Shown: in pieces, positions 1 to 8,365 of the stretch
How positions within the stretch are numbered: the first letter of the stretch is position 1
How the letters are laid out: each line of letters starts with the position of its first letter
NCBI GenBank assembly: GCA_029564175.1
Contig: JAKQQL010000077.1
Location: forward strand, 1-12,841
Length of the DNA: 12,841 nucleotides
Reading direction: 5' to 3'
Origin: Candidatus Cloacimonadota bacterium
GTDB taxonomy: Bacteria > Cloacimonadota > Cloacimonadia > Cloacimonadales > WRIO01
Translations under genes and position numbers: made by a program
The notes under the pieces: generated by a model
The model's database searches: none
The model's input: the letters and a program-made list of their open reading frames with translations, nothing else
What the model was told of the DNA's origin: nothing

Positions 1-1
1 A

Positions 2-376
2 AAACTTGCTGAAGATAAAAACTCATATCACAAGAAAAAGGAAGAAATCGCTGCCAAAATTACAAGTATCCTTGAACAAAGATTTCCGGGTATTTCAAAT
101 AAAATTGAAGTTATCGATGTTGCTACACCTTTGACATTTGAGCGTTACACCGGTAACTGGCAGGGCAGCTTTGAGGGTTGGCTTATAACTCCCGGAAATT
201 CAAGCGTTTTTATGAAACGAATGTCACAGCAACTGCCAGGCCTTGATGATTTTTATATGTGCGGTCAATGGACTGAGCCGGGCGGCGGTCTTTTGACAAG
301 TATTATGGCTGCTCAAAGGCTTATAAGGACTATATGCAGGGAGAATCACAAAAGATTTAAAACTACTATTGCATAA
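2..376 (+). CDS. C-terminal part (5'-truncated by window edge) of an NAD(P)/FAD-dependent oxidoreductase, phytoene dehydrogenase-like family
   Basis: The frame is open from base 2 (KLAEDKNSYHKKKEEIAAKITSILEQRFPGISNKIEVIDVATPLTFERYTGNWQGSFEGW...), so the TTG at 131 is not the real start. It carries family-type motifs 'RFPG..IEVIDVATPLTFERYT' and 'LPGLDDFYMCGQWTEPGGGL'. Stop TAA at 374-376. Confidence 0.85.
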   Translation, partial: KLAEDKNSYHKKKEEIAAKITSILEQRFPGISNKIEVIDVATPLTFERYTGNWQGSFEGWLITPGNSSVFMKRMSQQLPGLDDFYMCGQWTEPGGGLLTSIMAAQRLIRTICRENHKRFKTTIA

Positions 377-417
377 AATAATTCATATCTTCGTAATAGT
401 CAGACAATAACCGCAAC

Positions 418-457
418 ATAAAAGGATTTTTCAAAATATTTTGAAAAATCCTTTTAT
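418..457. repeat. Perfect 40-bp palindrome with no spacer; possible intrinsic terminator of the upstream oxidoreductase gene
   Basis: ATAAAAGGATTTTTCAAAAT|ATTTTGAAAAATCCTTTTAT, checked base by base with the centre between 437 and 438. It lies about 40 nt after the stop codon. The palindrome itself is certain; the terminator role is inference. Confidence 0.9.
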
Positions 458-529
458 AATTGTAAAAAGTTTTAAATTTCACCCTGTCTTTATTTCATTT
501 AAACCTATTTGTAATATAGCAAAATTTCT

Positions 530-1402
530 ATGAAAAAACTATATGAGAAATTAAGCAAATCGCGTCCTACTGACAGCGAAATAAAACTAGGGCTAAAAAA
601 TGCTGCTACCGTTTCTCCGCAAATACCGGACAAACGTTTGTTAATGAATATTCTCGGCATAATTGATCTGACAAGCCTGAATGTGACTGATAACAAGAGT
701 AATATAATACATCTGACAGGTACCGTCAACAGTTTTCAAAGCCGATTCTCGAACATACCAAATGTAGCAGCTATATGTGTATATCCGAATTTTGTACCTG
801 TTGTAAAAGAGAAACTTACTGCAAAAAATGTAAAAATTGCAGCAGTTGCAGGGTCCTTCCCAACATCCCAGACTTTTAGGAATATTAAGATTTCCGAATG
901 TAAAATGGCTGTTGATGAAGGCGCTGATGAAATAGATATTGTAATACCTATTGGTGCATTTCTTGCTCATAATTATGCATTTGTGGCCGCAGAAATACGC
1001 GAAATAAAAAAAGCAATCAACGATATCCCCCTCAAGGTAATTGTTGAATCCGGCCTTTTGGGAAGCAATGAAATGATCTATAAGGCATCAATGATTGCAA
1101 TGGATGCCGGTGCGGATTTTATCAAGACTTCTACGGGAAAAACCAATATTTCAGCTACTCCAGAAGCTGCTTTTGTAATGTGTAAAGCAATATCAAATTT
1201 TTATTCCGAAACAGGTATAAGGGTAGGTTTTAAAGCTGCAGGAAAAATTACAACTCCATCTGAAGCATTTACATATTACCAAATAGTGAATTATTGCCTG
1301 GGGGCTGAATGGCTCAACAAAAAATATTTCAGGATTGGAGCAAGTCGCCTGGCAAATAATATCCTGTCTGAAATTGCTGGTGAACGCCATGATCATTTCT
1401 GA
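530..1402 (+). CDS. deoC: Deoxyribose-phosphate aldolase (DERA)
   Basis: Motifs 'IDLTSL', 'AAICVYP', 'GADEIDIV', 'LKVIVESG', Schiff-base lysine in 'GADFIKTSTGK', second lysine in 'GFKAAG', and 'RIGAS'. 290 aa. Confidence 0.95.
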   Translation: MKKLYEKLSKSRPTDSEIKLGLKNAATVSPQIPDKRLLMNILGIIDLTSLNVTDNKSNIIHLTGTVNSFQSRFSNIPNVAAICVYPNFVPVVKEKLTAKNVKIAAVAGSFPTSQTFRNIKISECKMAVDEGADEIDIVIPIGAFLAHNYAFVAAEIREIKKAINDIPLKVIVESGLLGSNEMIYKASMIAMDAGADFIKTSTGKTNISATPEAAFVMCKAISNFYSETGIRVGFKAAGKITTPSEAFTYYQIVNYCLGAEWLNKKYFRIGASRLANNILSEIAGERHDHF

Positions 1403-2405
1403 ACAGGATCTCGAGATTATCTTACAAGACTCCATAAGCCAGCAAACAGATAGCTCAACAAAAAAACTTAACATTTCAGTTGATCCCTTTTCTGAAAGAG
1501 AATCGGTTAGCGCAGGAAAAACTTCTTTCTCAAAAAAGGAAGATCCGTCTGAATTGCATGATACAACTTCTGTATGCTTAAAGAACAAGCACGTTGATGT
1601 CACATTTTTTGACTCAACAAATGTCCTGAATCAAATTGGGGAACAGACCCCGGAGAATTTCCCATTTCTTTTCATAGAAAAGAACAGGGATCTGAAAATG
1701 AAATCAAAACTTATTCTTCAGACTCATCTGAAAAACGGAAAAGAAATTCCTGCCAAGTTATTAAACGATGACTGGATAATTGTAATAGTTATAATATCTG
1801 TTCTTATTTATGCTATTATCAATACTTTACCAAAGAAACTTACACGTGAAGTAAAGAGTTTCTTCCTTTTCCGGAACACCGGAGATTCGTCCTTAGCTGA
1901 TACCGGAGAATTATTCCACTGGCAATCAACCCTGTTCAACCTTGTTTCATTCCTCAATCTGGCTCTTTTTGCCTATTTGGCTACAGCTTATTACAATATT
2001 ATCCCAGACTCTGTCCCTAGATTCCTTTTCTGGCTGATTCTCTTGCTGATAATAATATCTGCTGTCACACTCCGGCATATAATATGTTATTTTATCGGAA
2101 AAGCTAGCGGGGAATCTGTTGCATTCAATGAGTATATTATAACTAATTATTTGTTTTACAGGTATCTGGCTTTTATATTGTTTTTTATCTCAATTCTACT
2201 GTGCTATACAACTTTTCTGTCAGCCGAATTTTTGCTTTATACCGGATTTATCACAACTATAATTTTTTATTTTGTTCGTCTGATTAAACTTTTTTTGATT
2301 TTTATAAAAAAGAATATTTCTATTTTCTATTTGATTTTATACCTTTGTGCCTTGGAATTTCTGCCTGTCGGGATTTTAATTAAATATTTTACAGGCCTGT
2401 TTTAG
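1389..2405 (+). CDS. DUF4271-like integral membrane protein (about 338 aa from the ATG at 1389)
   Basis: Hydrophilic N-terminal region followed by multiple hydrophobic helices, with the C-terminal 'FYLILYLCALEFLP' motif I recall from DUF4271 proteins. It sits directly upstream of hemD as in Bacteroidota. ATG 1389 (14-bp overlap with deoC) is preferred to 1335, but the start is uncertain. Confidence 0.75.
   Translation: MIISEQDLEIILQDSISQQTDSSTKKLNISVDPFSERESVSAGKTSFSKKEDPSELHDTTSVCLKNKHVDVTFFDSTNVLNQIGEQTPENFPFLFIEKNRDLKMKSKLILQTHLKNGKEIPAKLLNDDWIIVIVIISVLIYAIINTLPKKLTREVKSFFLFRNTGDSSLADTGELFHWQSTLFNLVSFLNLALFAYLATAYYNIIPDSVPRFLFWLILLLIIISAVTLRHIICYFIGKASGESVAFNEYIITNYLFYRYLAFILFFISILLCYTTFLSAEFLLYTGFITTIIFYFVRLIKLFLIFIKKNISIFYLILYLCALEFLPVGILIKYFTGLF
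2340..2347 (+). promoter_or_regulatory. Candidate Bacteroidota sigmaA -7 box (TACCTTTG) for hemD, embedded in the DUF4271-like CDS
   Basis: Exact TAnnTTTG match about 100 nt upstream of the hemD start. No TTTG -33 box at the canonical spacing. Confidence 0.5.
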
Positions 2406-2449
2406 GTCGGTAGTTTTTTCCAGGAAAGTAAAATTAAAACTGTAAAAAA

Positions 2450-3202
2450 TTGAAAATAAGGAAGATCTTGGTATCACAGCCAGAACCTATCAATCCGAAG
2501 TCTCCATATTTCGATCTGGCAAAAAAATACAACCTGAAAATAGATTTTAAGCCATTGAGTAAGATTGAAGGAATTTCTTCAAAAGATTTTCGTCATCAGA
2601 AAATTAATATCCTTGATTTTACAGCCGTTATTTTTACAAGCAAAACCAGCATAGATCATTTTTTCAGGATATGCAATGAATTGAGGATCAACGTACCTGA
2701 CACAATGAAATATTTCTGTGTCACTGAAAACATTGCATTCTATCTTCAAAAATACATTGTTTACAGAAAAAGAAAGATTTTCCACGGGAAAGCGAAATTC
2801 AAGGATCTTGTCGATGTAATAATCAAACATAAAGAAGACAATTATTTTGTTCCTTTATCTAAACCACATAACACTGAAATCCCAGCGCTTCTCGATAAAA
2901 ACAATATTAAATATACAATTGGCATTCTATACAAAACAATAAGCAGGTCTTTTTCAGACCCGGAAGATTTTGATTACGACATCCTTGTCTTTTACAGCCC
3001 ATCGGGAATCAAATCGCTCAAAGAAAATTTTCCTGAATTTATCCAGGGAGATATCAAAATCGCTGCCTTTGGTCCCACAACTATCTCAGCTGTTCAAAAA
3101 GAAGGCCTTAGAGTGGATATTGATGCTCCCAATGTTAAAGCGCCATCGATGACAATGGCTCTTGATAATTTCCTGAAAGAGTATAACAGAAATCTGAAAT
3201 AA
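2450..3202 (+). CDS. hemD: Uroporphyrinogen-III synthase family protein (Bacteroidota type), TTG start
   Basis: 'KILVSQPEP..KSPYFDL', 'TAVIFTSKTSIDHFF', 'YLQKYIVYRKRKIF', 'DILVFYSPSGIKSL', 'IAAFGPTT', 'APSMTMAL'. 250 aa, the usual HemD size. Confidence 0.88.
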   Translation: MKIRKILVSQPEPINPKSPYFDLAKKYNLKIDFKPLSKIEGISSKDFRHQKINILDFTAVIFTSKTSIDHFFRICNELRINVPDTMKYFCVTENIAFYLQKYIVYRKRKIFHGKAKFKDLVDVIIKHKEDNYFVPLSKPHNTEIPALLDKNNIKYTIGILYKTISRSFSDPEDFDYDILVFYSPSGIKSLKENFPEFIQGDIKIAAFGPTTISAVQKEGLRVDIDAPNVKAPSMTMALDNFLKEYNRNLK

Positions 3203-3277
3203 TATCATTTTAAACAAATGATTATGTGAGGACCTTAATACTTTGATGCAAACGCCTCAAGAAGATGTTTTTCACAA

Positions 3278-3685
3278 ATGATCAGCAGAAATTATACCCT
3301 AAAGAAGGCAGAAAGGCTGTGCAACTGGAAAACTATCACAAGACTGTTTGAATCCGGAAATATTTTATACACTTCATATTTTAAGGTTATATGGTCAAAA
3401 AGCCTTCTTCAGATGCCTTATCCTGCCCAGGTAATGTTCAGTGTTCCCAAAATGGGTTTCCGGCATGCTGTCGTAAGAAATCTCATTAAAAGAAGGATCC
3501 GGGAGGCATACAGGAAAAAAAAGAATGTTCTTTATGATTTTCTAAACGAAGGGAATCTTCAAATTGTTATCATAATTATTTTCAAGGAATCTTTCATTCC
3601 CGATTACATTTCGATAGAAAAATCTATCGATGTAATGTTCAGGAAACTGATTATTGCAATAAGAAATAAAGAAAATATTTGTTAA
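3278..3685 (+). CDS. rnpA: Ribonuclease P protein component
   Basis: Small basic protein with N-terminal 'LKKAERL', 'FSVPK' and an RNR-type motif 'HAVVRNLIKRRIREAYR'. Confidence 0.92.
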   Translation: MISRNYTLKKAERLCNWKTITRLFESGNILYTSYFKVIWSKSLLQMPYPAQVMFSVPKMGFRHAVVRNLIKRRIREAYRKKKNVLYDFLNEGNLQIVIIIIFKESFIPDYISIEKSIDVMFRKLIIAIRNKENIC

Positions 3686-3767
3686 AATTATATTAATAAC
3701 CCTGTTAGCTGAACCCTAAAGAAATTTTCTTACTAATTTCGTCGTTTCAATTAAAGCCCATTCAAAT

Positions 3768-5498
3768 ATGAAAAGGATATCAGGCCGTAAAATATTTATA
3801 TCACTCAGTATTATTGTTGTAGCTTGCCTGAGTGCTGGTTTTTTCATTACTCAGGAAACACGAGATTTCAGAATTGCCAAGAATCTTGATATTTTCTTTT
3901 CACTCTTCAGAGAACTAAACCGATTTTATGTTGATGAAGTCAATCCAGATAAAATAATTAAAACAGGGATCGACAATATGCTGAAGAGCCTTGATCCTTA
4001 TACTGTTTACTATCCTGAATCAGAGGCTGATGAATTTACCCTCATGACTACCGGTAAATATGGCGGCATTGGTTCTCTTGTAAGAGCAAGCGGCGAATAT
4101 GTGACAATTGTTGAAGTTTACAGAGGATTCCCTGCCGATAAAGCAGGTATCAAACCAGGTGATATTATAAAAAGCATTAACGGCATACCAATAAAAGGAG
4201 TTTCGACAGATAATGTAAGTGACAGACTTAAAGGTAACCCGGGGTCTGATGTTGTTATTACTATTGAAAGAAACGGAATTGAATCGGACTATACGGTGAA
4301 AAGGGAAAGGATAGCTATCCCCCCTGTCCCATATTACGGAATGATTGATCCTGAAACAGGATATATACGCTTTACAAATTTTACTCAGGATTGTAAGCAG
4401 GACGTTAAAAAAGCCCTTGTGGAATTAAAAGCCAGAAACGCCCGACAGATAATATTTGATCTTCGGGGTAATCCGGGTGGTTTGCTTACCGAAGCCGTTG
4501 AAATTGTAAATCTTTTCGTGGGCCCGGGTAATAATGTCGTAACAACAAAAGGCAAAATAAAAGATTTTACAGAGGAGTTTAAAACAACTCAGGCTGCTGT
4601 TGATGAGAATATCCCTGTAGTAATCATAATTAACAGGGCTTCTGCTTCTGCTTCTGAAATTGTTGCAGGGGCTTTCCAGGATCTTGACAGGGGTATTATA
4701 CTCGGACAACGCTCGTTCGGCAAAGGCCTTGTGCAAGTCACCCGCCCCCTCAGTTATAATACACATCTTAAGGTAACTACGGCAAAATATTACATTCCCT
4801 CAGGAAGATGTATCCAGGCTCTTGATTTTTCTAACCCTAATGAAGACGGAAGTGTAGGCATTATACCAGACTCCTTGATTTCTGAATTTAAAACAAAAAA
4901 CGGAAGAATAGTCAGGGATGGAGGTGGAATAAGCCCTGATGTAGAAGTAGTCCCTGATCAACTCAGCCAGGTTGCAACTGAATTATATCTGAAAAATTTA
5001 ATATTCGATTTTGCAACTCAGTATTACTGGGCTCACCCCAATATAACTAAACAATCTGATTTTGAATTTACCGATAAGGATTACAGTGATTTCAGTAATC
5101 TACTTAAGGAACGTGGCTTTAATTATACAACAGCAACGGAAACATCTTTCCGGCGCCTTATAGAAAGTGCAAAAAGGGAAAAATATTACGATCTGCATAA
5201 AGAAACCTTTGATGCGATTGAAAAAGATATAGCCCATAATCTAGATAATGATCTTATTTTATTTCGTGATGAAATAACAGAGCTTCTTGAAGAGGAAATA
5301 ATCAGCCGTTATTTTTATGAAGCAGGCTCAATTGAGTGGAGCATCAAAAAAGATAAACAGGTATTGAAAGCTCTTGAGATTCTTAATGATAAAGAAAAAT
5401 ATGTTTCAATCCTGAGCGGAAAAACAGAACCTGTTCTCGTAATAAACAATGAAGAAACTGGAGAGAGAAATAAAACAACGGGATTTATCAGTAATTAA
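3768..5498 (+). CDS. S41A family carboxyl-terminal processing protease (CtpA/Prc-like) with PDZ domain and N-terminal signal/anchor
   Basis: 'LDPYT', PDZ region 'YGGIG...PADKAGIKPGDIIKSING', 'DLRGNPGGLL', catalytic Ser in 'SASASEIVAGAFQD', catalytic Lys in 'SFGKGLVQ', 'TTAKYYIPSGRCIQ', 'GGISPDV'. Basic plus hydrophobic N-terminus. Confidence 0.95.
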   Translation: MKRISGRKIFISLSIIVVACLSAGFFITQETRDFRIAKNLDIFFSLFRELNRFYVDEVNPDKIIKTGIDNMLKSLDPYTVYYPESEADEFTLMTTGKYGGIGSLVRASGEYVTIVEVYRGFPADKAGIKPGDIIKSINGIPIKGVSTDNVSDRLKGNPGSDVVITIERNGIESDYTVKRERIAIPPVPYYGMIDPETGYIRFTNFTQDCKQDVKKALVELKARNARQIIFDLRGNPGGLLTEAVEIVNLFVGPGNNVVTTKGKIKDFTEEFKTTQAAVDENIPVVIIINRASASASEIVAGAFQDLDRGIILGQRSFGKGLVQVTRPLSYNTHLKVTTAKYYIPSGRCIQALDFSNPNEDGSVGIIPDSLISEFKTKNGRIVRDGGGISPDVEVVPDQLSQVATELYLKNLIFDFATQYYWAHPNITKQSDFEFTDKDYSDFSNLLKERGFNYTTATETSFRRLIESAKREKYYDLHKETFDAIEKDIAHNLDNDLILFRDEITELLEEEIISRYFYEAGSIEWSIKKDKQVLKALEILNDKEKYVSILSGKTEPVLVINNEETGERNKTTGFISN

Positions 5499-5550
5499 AA
5501 AATCAAACTTTTTTAATAAAAACTGAACATGATTTTCATCATATGAACTA

Positions 5551-8364
5551 TTAATGAGCTTCAAACCAGTTCTTCCCGATACCCCATTCTACCTTTAAGG
5601 GAACATCAAGCCTGGCAGCATCTGACATTTCAAAAAGTACAAGTTCCCGTAATTGTTCCAGTTCCCTTTCAGGAACCTCAAATATCAATTCATCATGAAC
5701 CTGCAGGATCATTTTTGACTTGAGTTTTTGCCTAATGAGATTATTATGAATCCTAACCATGGCAATTTTTATTATATCTGCCGCAGAACCCTGTATTGGA
5801 GCATTAACTGCATTTCTTTCTGCATTACCTCTCACTACCTGATTCCTTGAATTGATATTGCGTAAATATCTCCTCCGCCCAAACATCGTTGTCACATAGC
5901 CATGTTCCCTTGCCTTTTTTATGCTCTCATCTATATATGTTTTAACTCCCGGATAGGAATTAAAATATCCGTCTATCAATTCCTTTGCTTCTTTTCTGCC
6001 AATTGTAAGCCTTTCTGACAGGCCAAAAGTAGATATCCCGTAGATTATCCCAAAGTTGGCTGTCTTAGCTCTGCTTCTCATTTCTCTGGTAACATCCCCA
6101 ATATCAACTCCAAATATTTTTGATGCTGTAACAGCATGAATATCATTTCCTGAGAGGAAATCATTAATCATATTCCTGTCTTTACTCAGATGAGCCATCA
6201 GCCTTAATTCAATTTGTGAATAATCAGCTGAAAAGAAAAGCGAACCTTCAGCAGGGACAAATGCCTTTCTTATTTCCCGTCCCTTCGCATCCCTTATGGG
6301 TATGTTCTGAAGATTAGGATTATTTGAACTCAATCTGCCAGTGGAGGTTACAGCCTGATTAAATGAAGTATGTATCCTTCCAGTCCGGCTATCAACAAGC
6401 TGGGGCAGCGCTTCAACATAAGTTGACAACAATTTCTTTAAACCCCTGTATTTCAATACTTTATTTACAATCGGATGCTTATGTGTAAGACGCTGGAGTA
6501 CTTCTTCACTAGTTACAAATTGTTTAGTGCGTGTCAATCTGGCATTTTCATCTAGTTTCAGCCTGATAAACAGGATATCACCCAGCTGTTTCGGAGAAGA
6601 AATATTGAATTCCGTCCCGGCAAGATCAAATATCTCTTTTTCAAGTGCAATAATGTTATCTCTAAGCCCTGATGTTATTCTTTTCAGTTCATCACTATCA
6701 AGAATAACACCATTTCTTTCCATATCAGCCAGGACTTTAATAAGTGGCATTTCAATGTTAGAAACAAGATCGGATAATCCTTCCTTTTCAATTTTTGGTT
6801 TAAATATTTTACTGAGTTGTAGTGTCACATCTGCATCCTCAACTGCATACTCCTTAAGAATATCAGCATGAACAGCTCTCATGTTCTTCTGCATCTTTCC
6901 TTTCTCACCGATTAATGCTTCAATATGAACCGGGGTATAAGACAGATATGTCTCCGAGAGGTAATTCATGTTATGCCTCAGATCTGGTTCCAGCAAATAG
7001 TGAGCGATCATAGTGTCAAATAACTGACCTTTAATACTGACATCATAATTTGACAGGACCTGTATGTCGAATTTCAGGTTATGACCTATTTTAAGAATCT
7101 GCGTATCTTCAAAAAATGGTCTTGCAATATCCAGAAGCTTCCTTGTAATATCTTGTGATTCAGGAAATAATACCATATATCCTGATCCCTTTTCCCAAGA
7201 TAAAGACAATGCAACAATTTCCGAATTAAGCGGATTTATGCCTGTTGTTTCCGTATCAAAACACACTTCTTTATGCTTTCGTGCCTCTGCAATCATTTCT
7301 GCCATATCTTTTTCATCAGTTATCAGCCGGTAATCATGATGAACCTCTTTTATTGTCTGTTTTATTGTCTGTTTTATTGTTGCAGATTGTTCCGGTTCAC
7401 CAGCTGAAAAAAGAGTTCCCTGCAATGGCAACTGCTGTGAAGATTCAGATTTAGCTGTATCTTCAGATGGTATTTTACCGGTCTCTGAGAGGATCTTATT
7501 CGCCATTGTTCTGAACTCCAATTCCTCAAACAGGCTTTTTAACTCATTTACATCTGGCAGATCCCTTAGAAGTTTATCCTCATCCAGGTCAACCGGTACA
7601 TTTATTTCAATTGTGACAAGTTTTTTCGAGAGTTCTATTTTCTCTCTATTCTCAATAATTATCTCTTTAAGTTTCCCCTTAAGAGTATCGGTATGTCTGA
7701 ATAACTCTTCAACAGATCCATATTCCGAAATCAGTTTAACAGCGGTCTTTGGTCCGACACCAGGGGCTCCCGGTATATTATCGGAAGCATCACCCATAAG
7801 AGCAAGGATATCAATTACCTGTTCCGGCCGTTCAACTGAAAACTCCTTCTTAATATCATCAACACCCCATTGTATAGCTTCATTACCACCGCGTGAGGGC
7901 TTATACATGAAGATCCTGTCATTAACAAGCTGTGCATAGTCTTTATCAGGAGTCATCATATATGTAATGAACCCTTTTTCAGAAGCTTTTTTTGCCAGTG
8001 TTCCTATTATATCATCAGCTTCAAATCCCGGATAATCAATCACTGGTATTCTATATGCCTCAATAAGTCTTTTTATATAAGGAACCGCCTTCCTTATATC
8101 TTCCGGAGTTTCGTCACGGTTGGCTTTATATTCACTGAACATTTTATGCCTGAAAGTCGGGCCGGGGGAATCAAATACAACTGCTATATGTGATGGTTTC
8201 TGTTTTTGAAGCACCTCCTCCAGGGTTAGAAGAAAACCAAATATTGCAGAGGTATTAAGTCCTTTTGAGGTGACCCTCGGATTCTTAATGAATGCATAAT
8301 ATGATCTGAAAATCAATGCATAAGCATCCAGTAAAAATAGTTTCTTTTCTTTGTTATCTGACAT
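5551..8364 (-). CDS. polA: DNA polymerase I with all three domains (about 937 aa from the ATG at 8364)
   Basis: 5'-3' exonuclease motifs (LLDAYALIFR, FEADDIIGT, DKDYAQL, GDASDNIPG). Intact 3'-5' Exo I/II/III (FDTETTG, HNLKFD, YAVEDAD). Polymerase motifs A/B/C (ADYSQIELR, RAKTANFGIIYG, LQVHDEL). Start placed at 8364, 1 nt after the queD stop, rather than at 8418 inside queD. Confidence 0.98.
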   Translation of the reverse strand: MSDNKEKKLFLLDAYALIFRSYYAFIKNPRVTSKGLNTSAIFGFLLTLEEVLQKQKPSHIAVVFDSPGPTFRHKMFSEYKANRDETPEDIRKAVPYIKRLIEAYRIPVIDYPGFEADDIIGTLAKKASEKGFITYMMTPDKDYAQLVNDRIFMYKPSRGGNEAIQWGVDDIKKEFSVERPEQVIDILALMGDASDNIPGAPGVGPKTAVKLISEYGSVEELFRHTDTLKGKLKEIIIENREKIELSKKLVTIEINVPVDLDEDKLLRDLPDVNELKSLFEELEFRTMANKILSETGKIPSEDTAKSESSQQLPLQGTLFSAGEPEQSATIKQTIKQTIKEVHHDYRLITDEKDMAEMIAEARKHKEVCFDTETTGINPLNSEIVALSLSWEKGSGYMVLFPESQDITRKLLDIARPFFEDTQILKIGHNLKFDIQVLSNYDVSIKGQLFDTMIAHYLLEPDLRHNMNYLSETYLSYTPVHIEALIGEKGKMQKNMRAVHADILKEYAVEDADVTLQLSKIFKPKIEKEGLSDLVSNIEMPLIKVLADMERNGVILDSDELKRITSGLRDNIIALEKEIFDLAGTEFNISSPKQLGDILFIRLKLDENARLTRTKQFVTSEEVLQRLTHKHPIVNKVLKYRGLKKLLSTYVEALPQLVDSRTGRIHTSFNQAVTSTGRLSSNNPNLQNIPIRDAKGREIRKAFVPAEGSLFFSADYSQIELRLMAHLSKDRNMINDFLSGNDIHAVTASKIFGVDIGDVTREMRSRAKTANFGIIYGISTFGLSERLTIGRKEAKELIDGYFNSYPGVKTYIDESIKKAREHGYVTTMFGRRRYLRNINSRNQVVRGNAERNAVNAPIQGSAADIIKIAMVRIHNNLIRQKLKSKMILQVHDELIFEVPERELEQLRELVLFEMSDAARLDVPLKVEWGIGKNWFEAH
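7348..7380. repeat. In-frame 12-bp tandem repeat (TTTTATTGTCTG x2.75) in polA, encoding TIKQ-TIKQ-TIK
   Basis: Copies at 7348-7359 and 7360-7371, with a partial copy at 7372-7380. It falls in the linker between the 5'-3' and 3'-5' exonuclease domains. Confidence 0.9.
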
Positions 8365-8365
8365 A

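Noticed and set aside
505..1603. Minus-strand ORFs 505-729, 641-970 and 1193-1603
   Set aside because: Antisense shadows of deoC and the DUF4271-like gene, with no recognisable motifs.
3203..3277. Possible rpmH (L34), small RNA or hairpin (TGAGG...CCTCA; ATCATTT...AAATGAT) before rnpA
   Set aside because: The gap is only 75 nt with no MKRT-like ORF. The stems are short and weak and match no RNA family I recognise.
4638..4656. GCTTCT x3 microsatellite in the protease gene
   Set aside because: It encodes the conserved ASASAS(E) catalytic-serine motif of S41 proteases and is not a contingency repeat.
2579..4766. ORFs 2579-2830 (-), 2970-3152 (+) and 4425-4766 (-)
   Set aside because: They lie wholly inside hemD or the S41 protease in alternative frames, with no independent coding evidence.
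5499..5550. Terminator between the convergent protease and polA genes
   Set aside because: Only weak AT-rich complementarity; no convincing stem-loop.
5551..8364. Phage-type or intein-containing polymerase, or a dpd DNA-modification locus
   Set aside because: Normal-length cellular Pol I with canonical motifs and no insertion. There is no dpdA/tgt, queC, queE, integrase or phage gene in the window.
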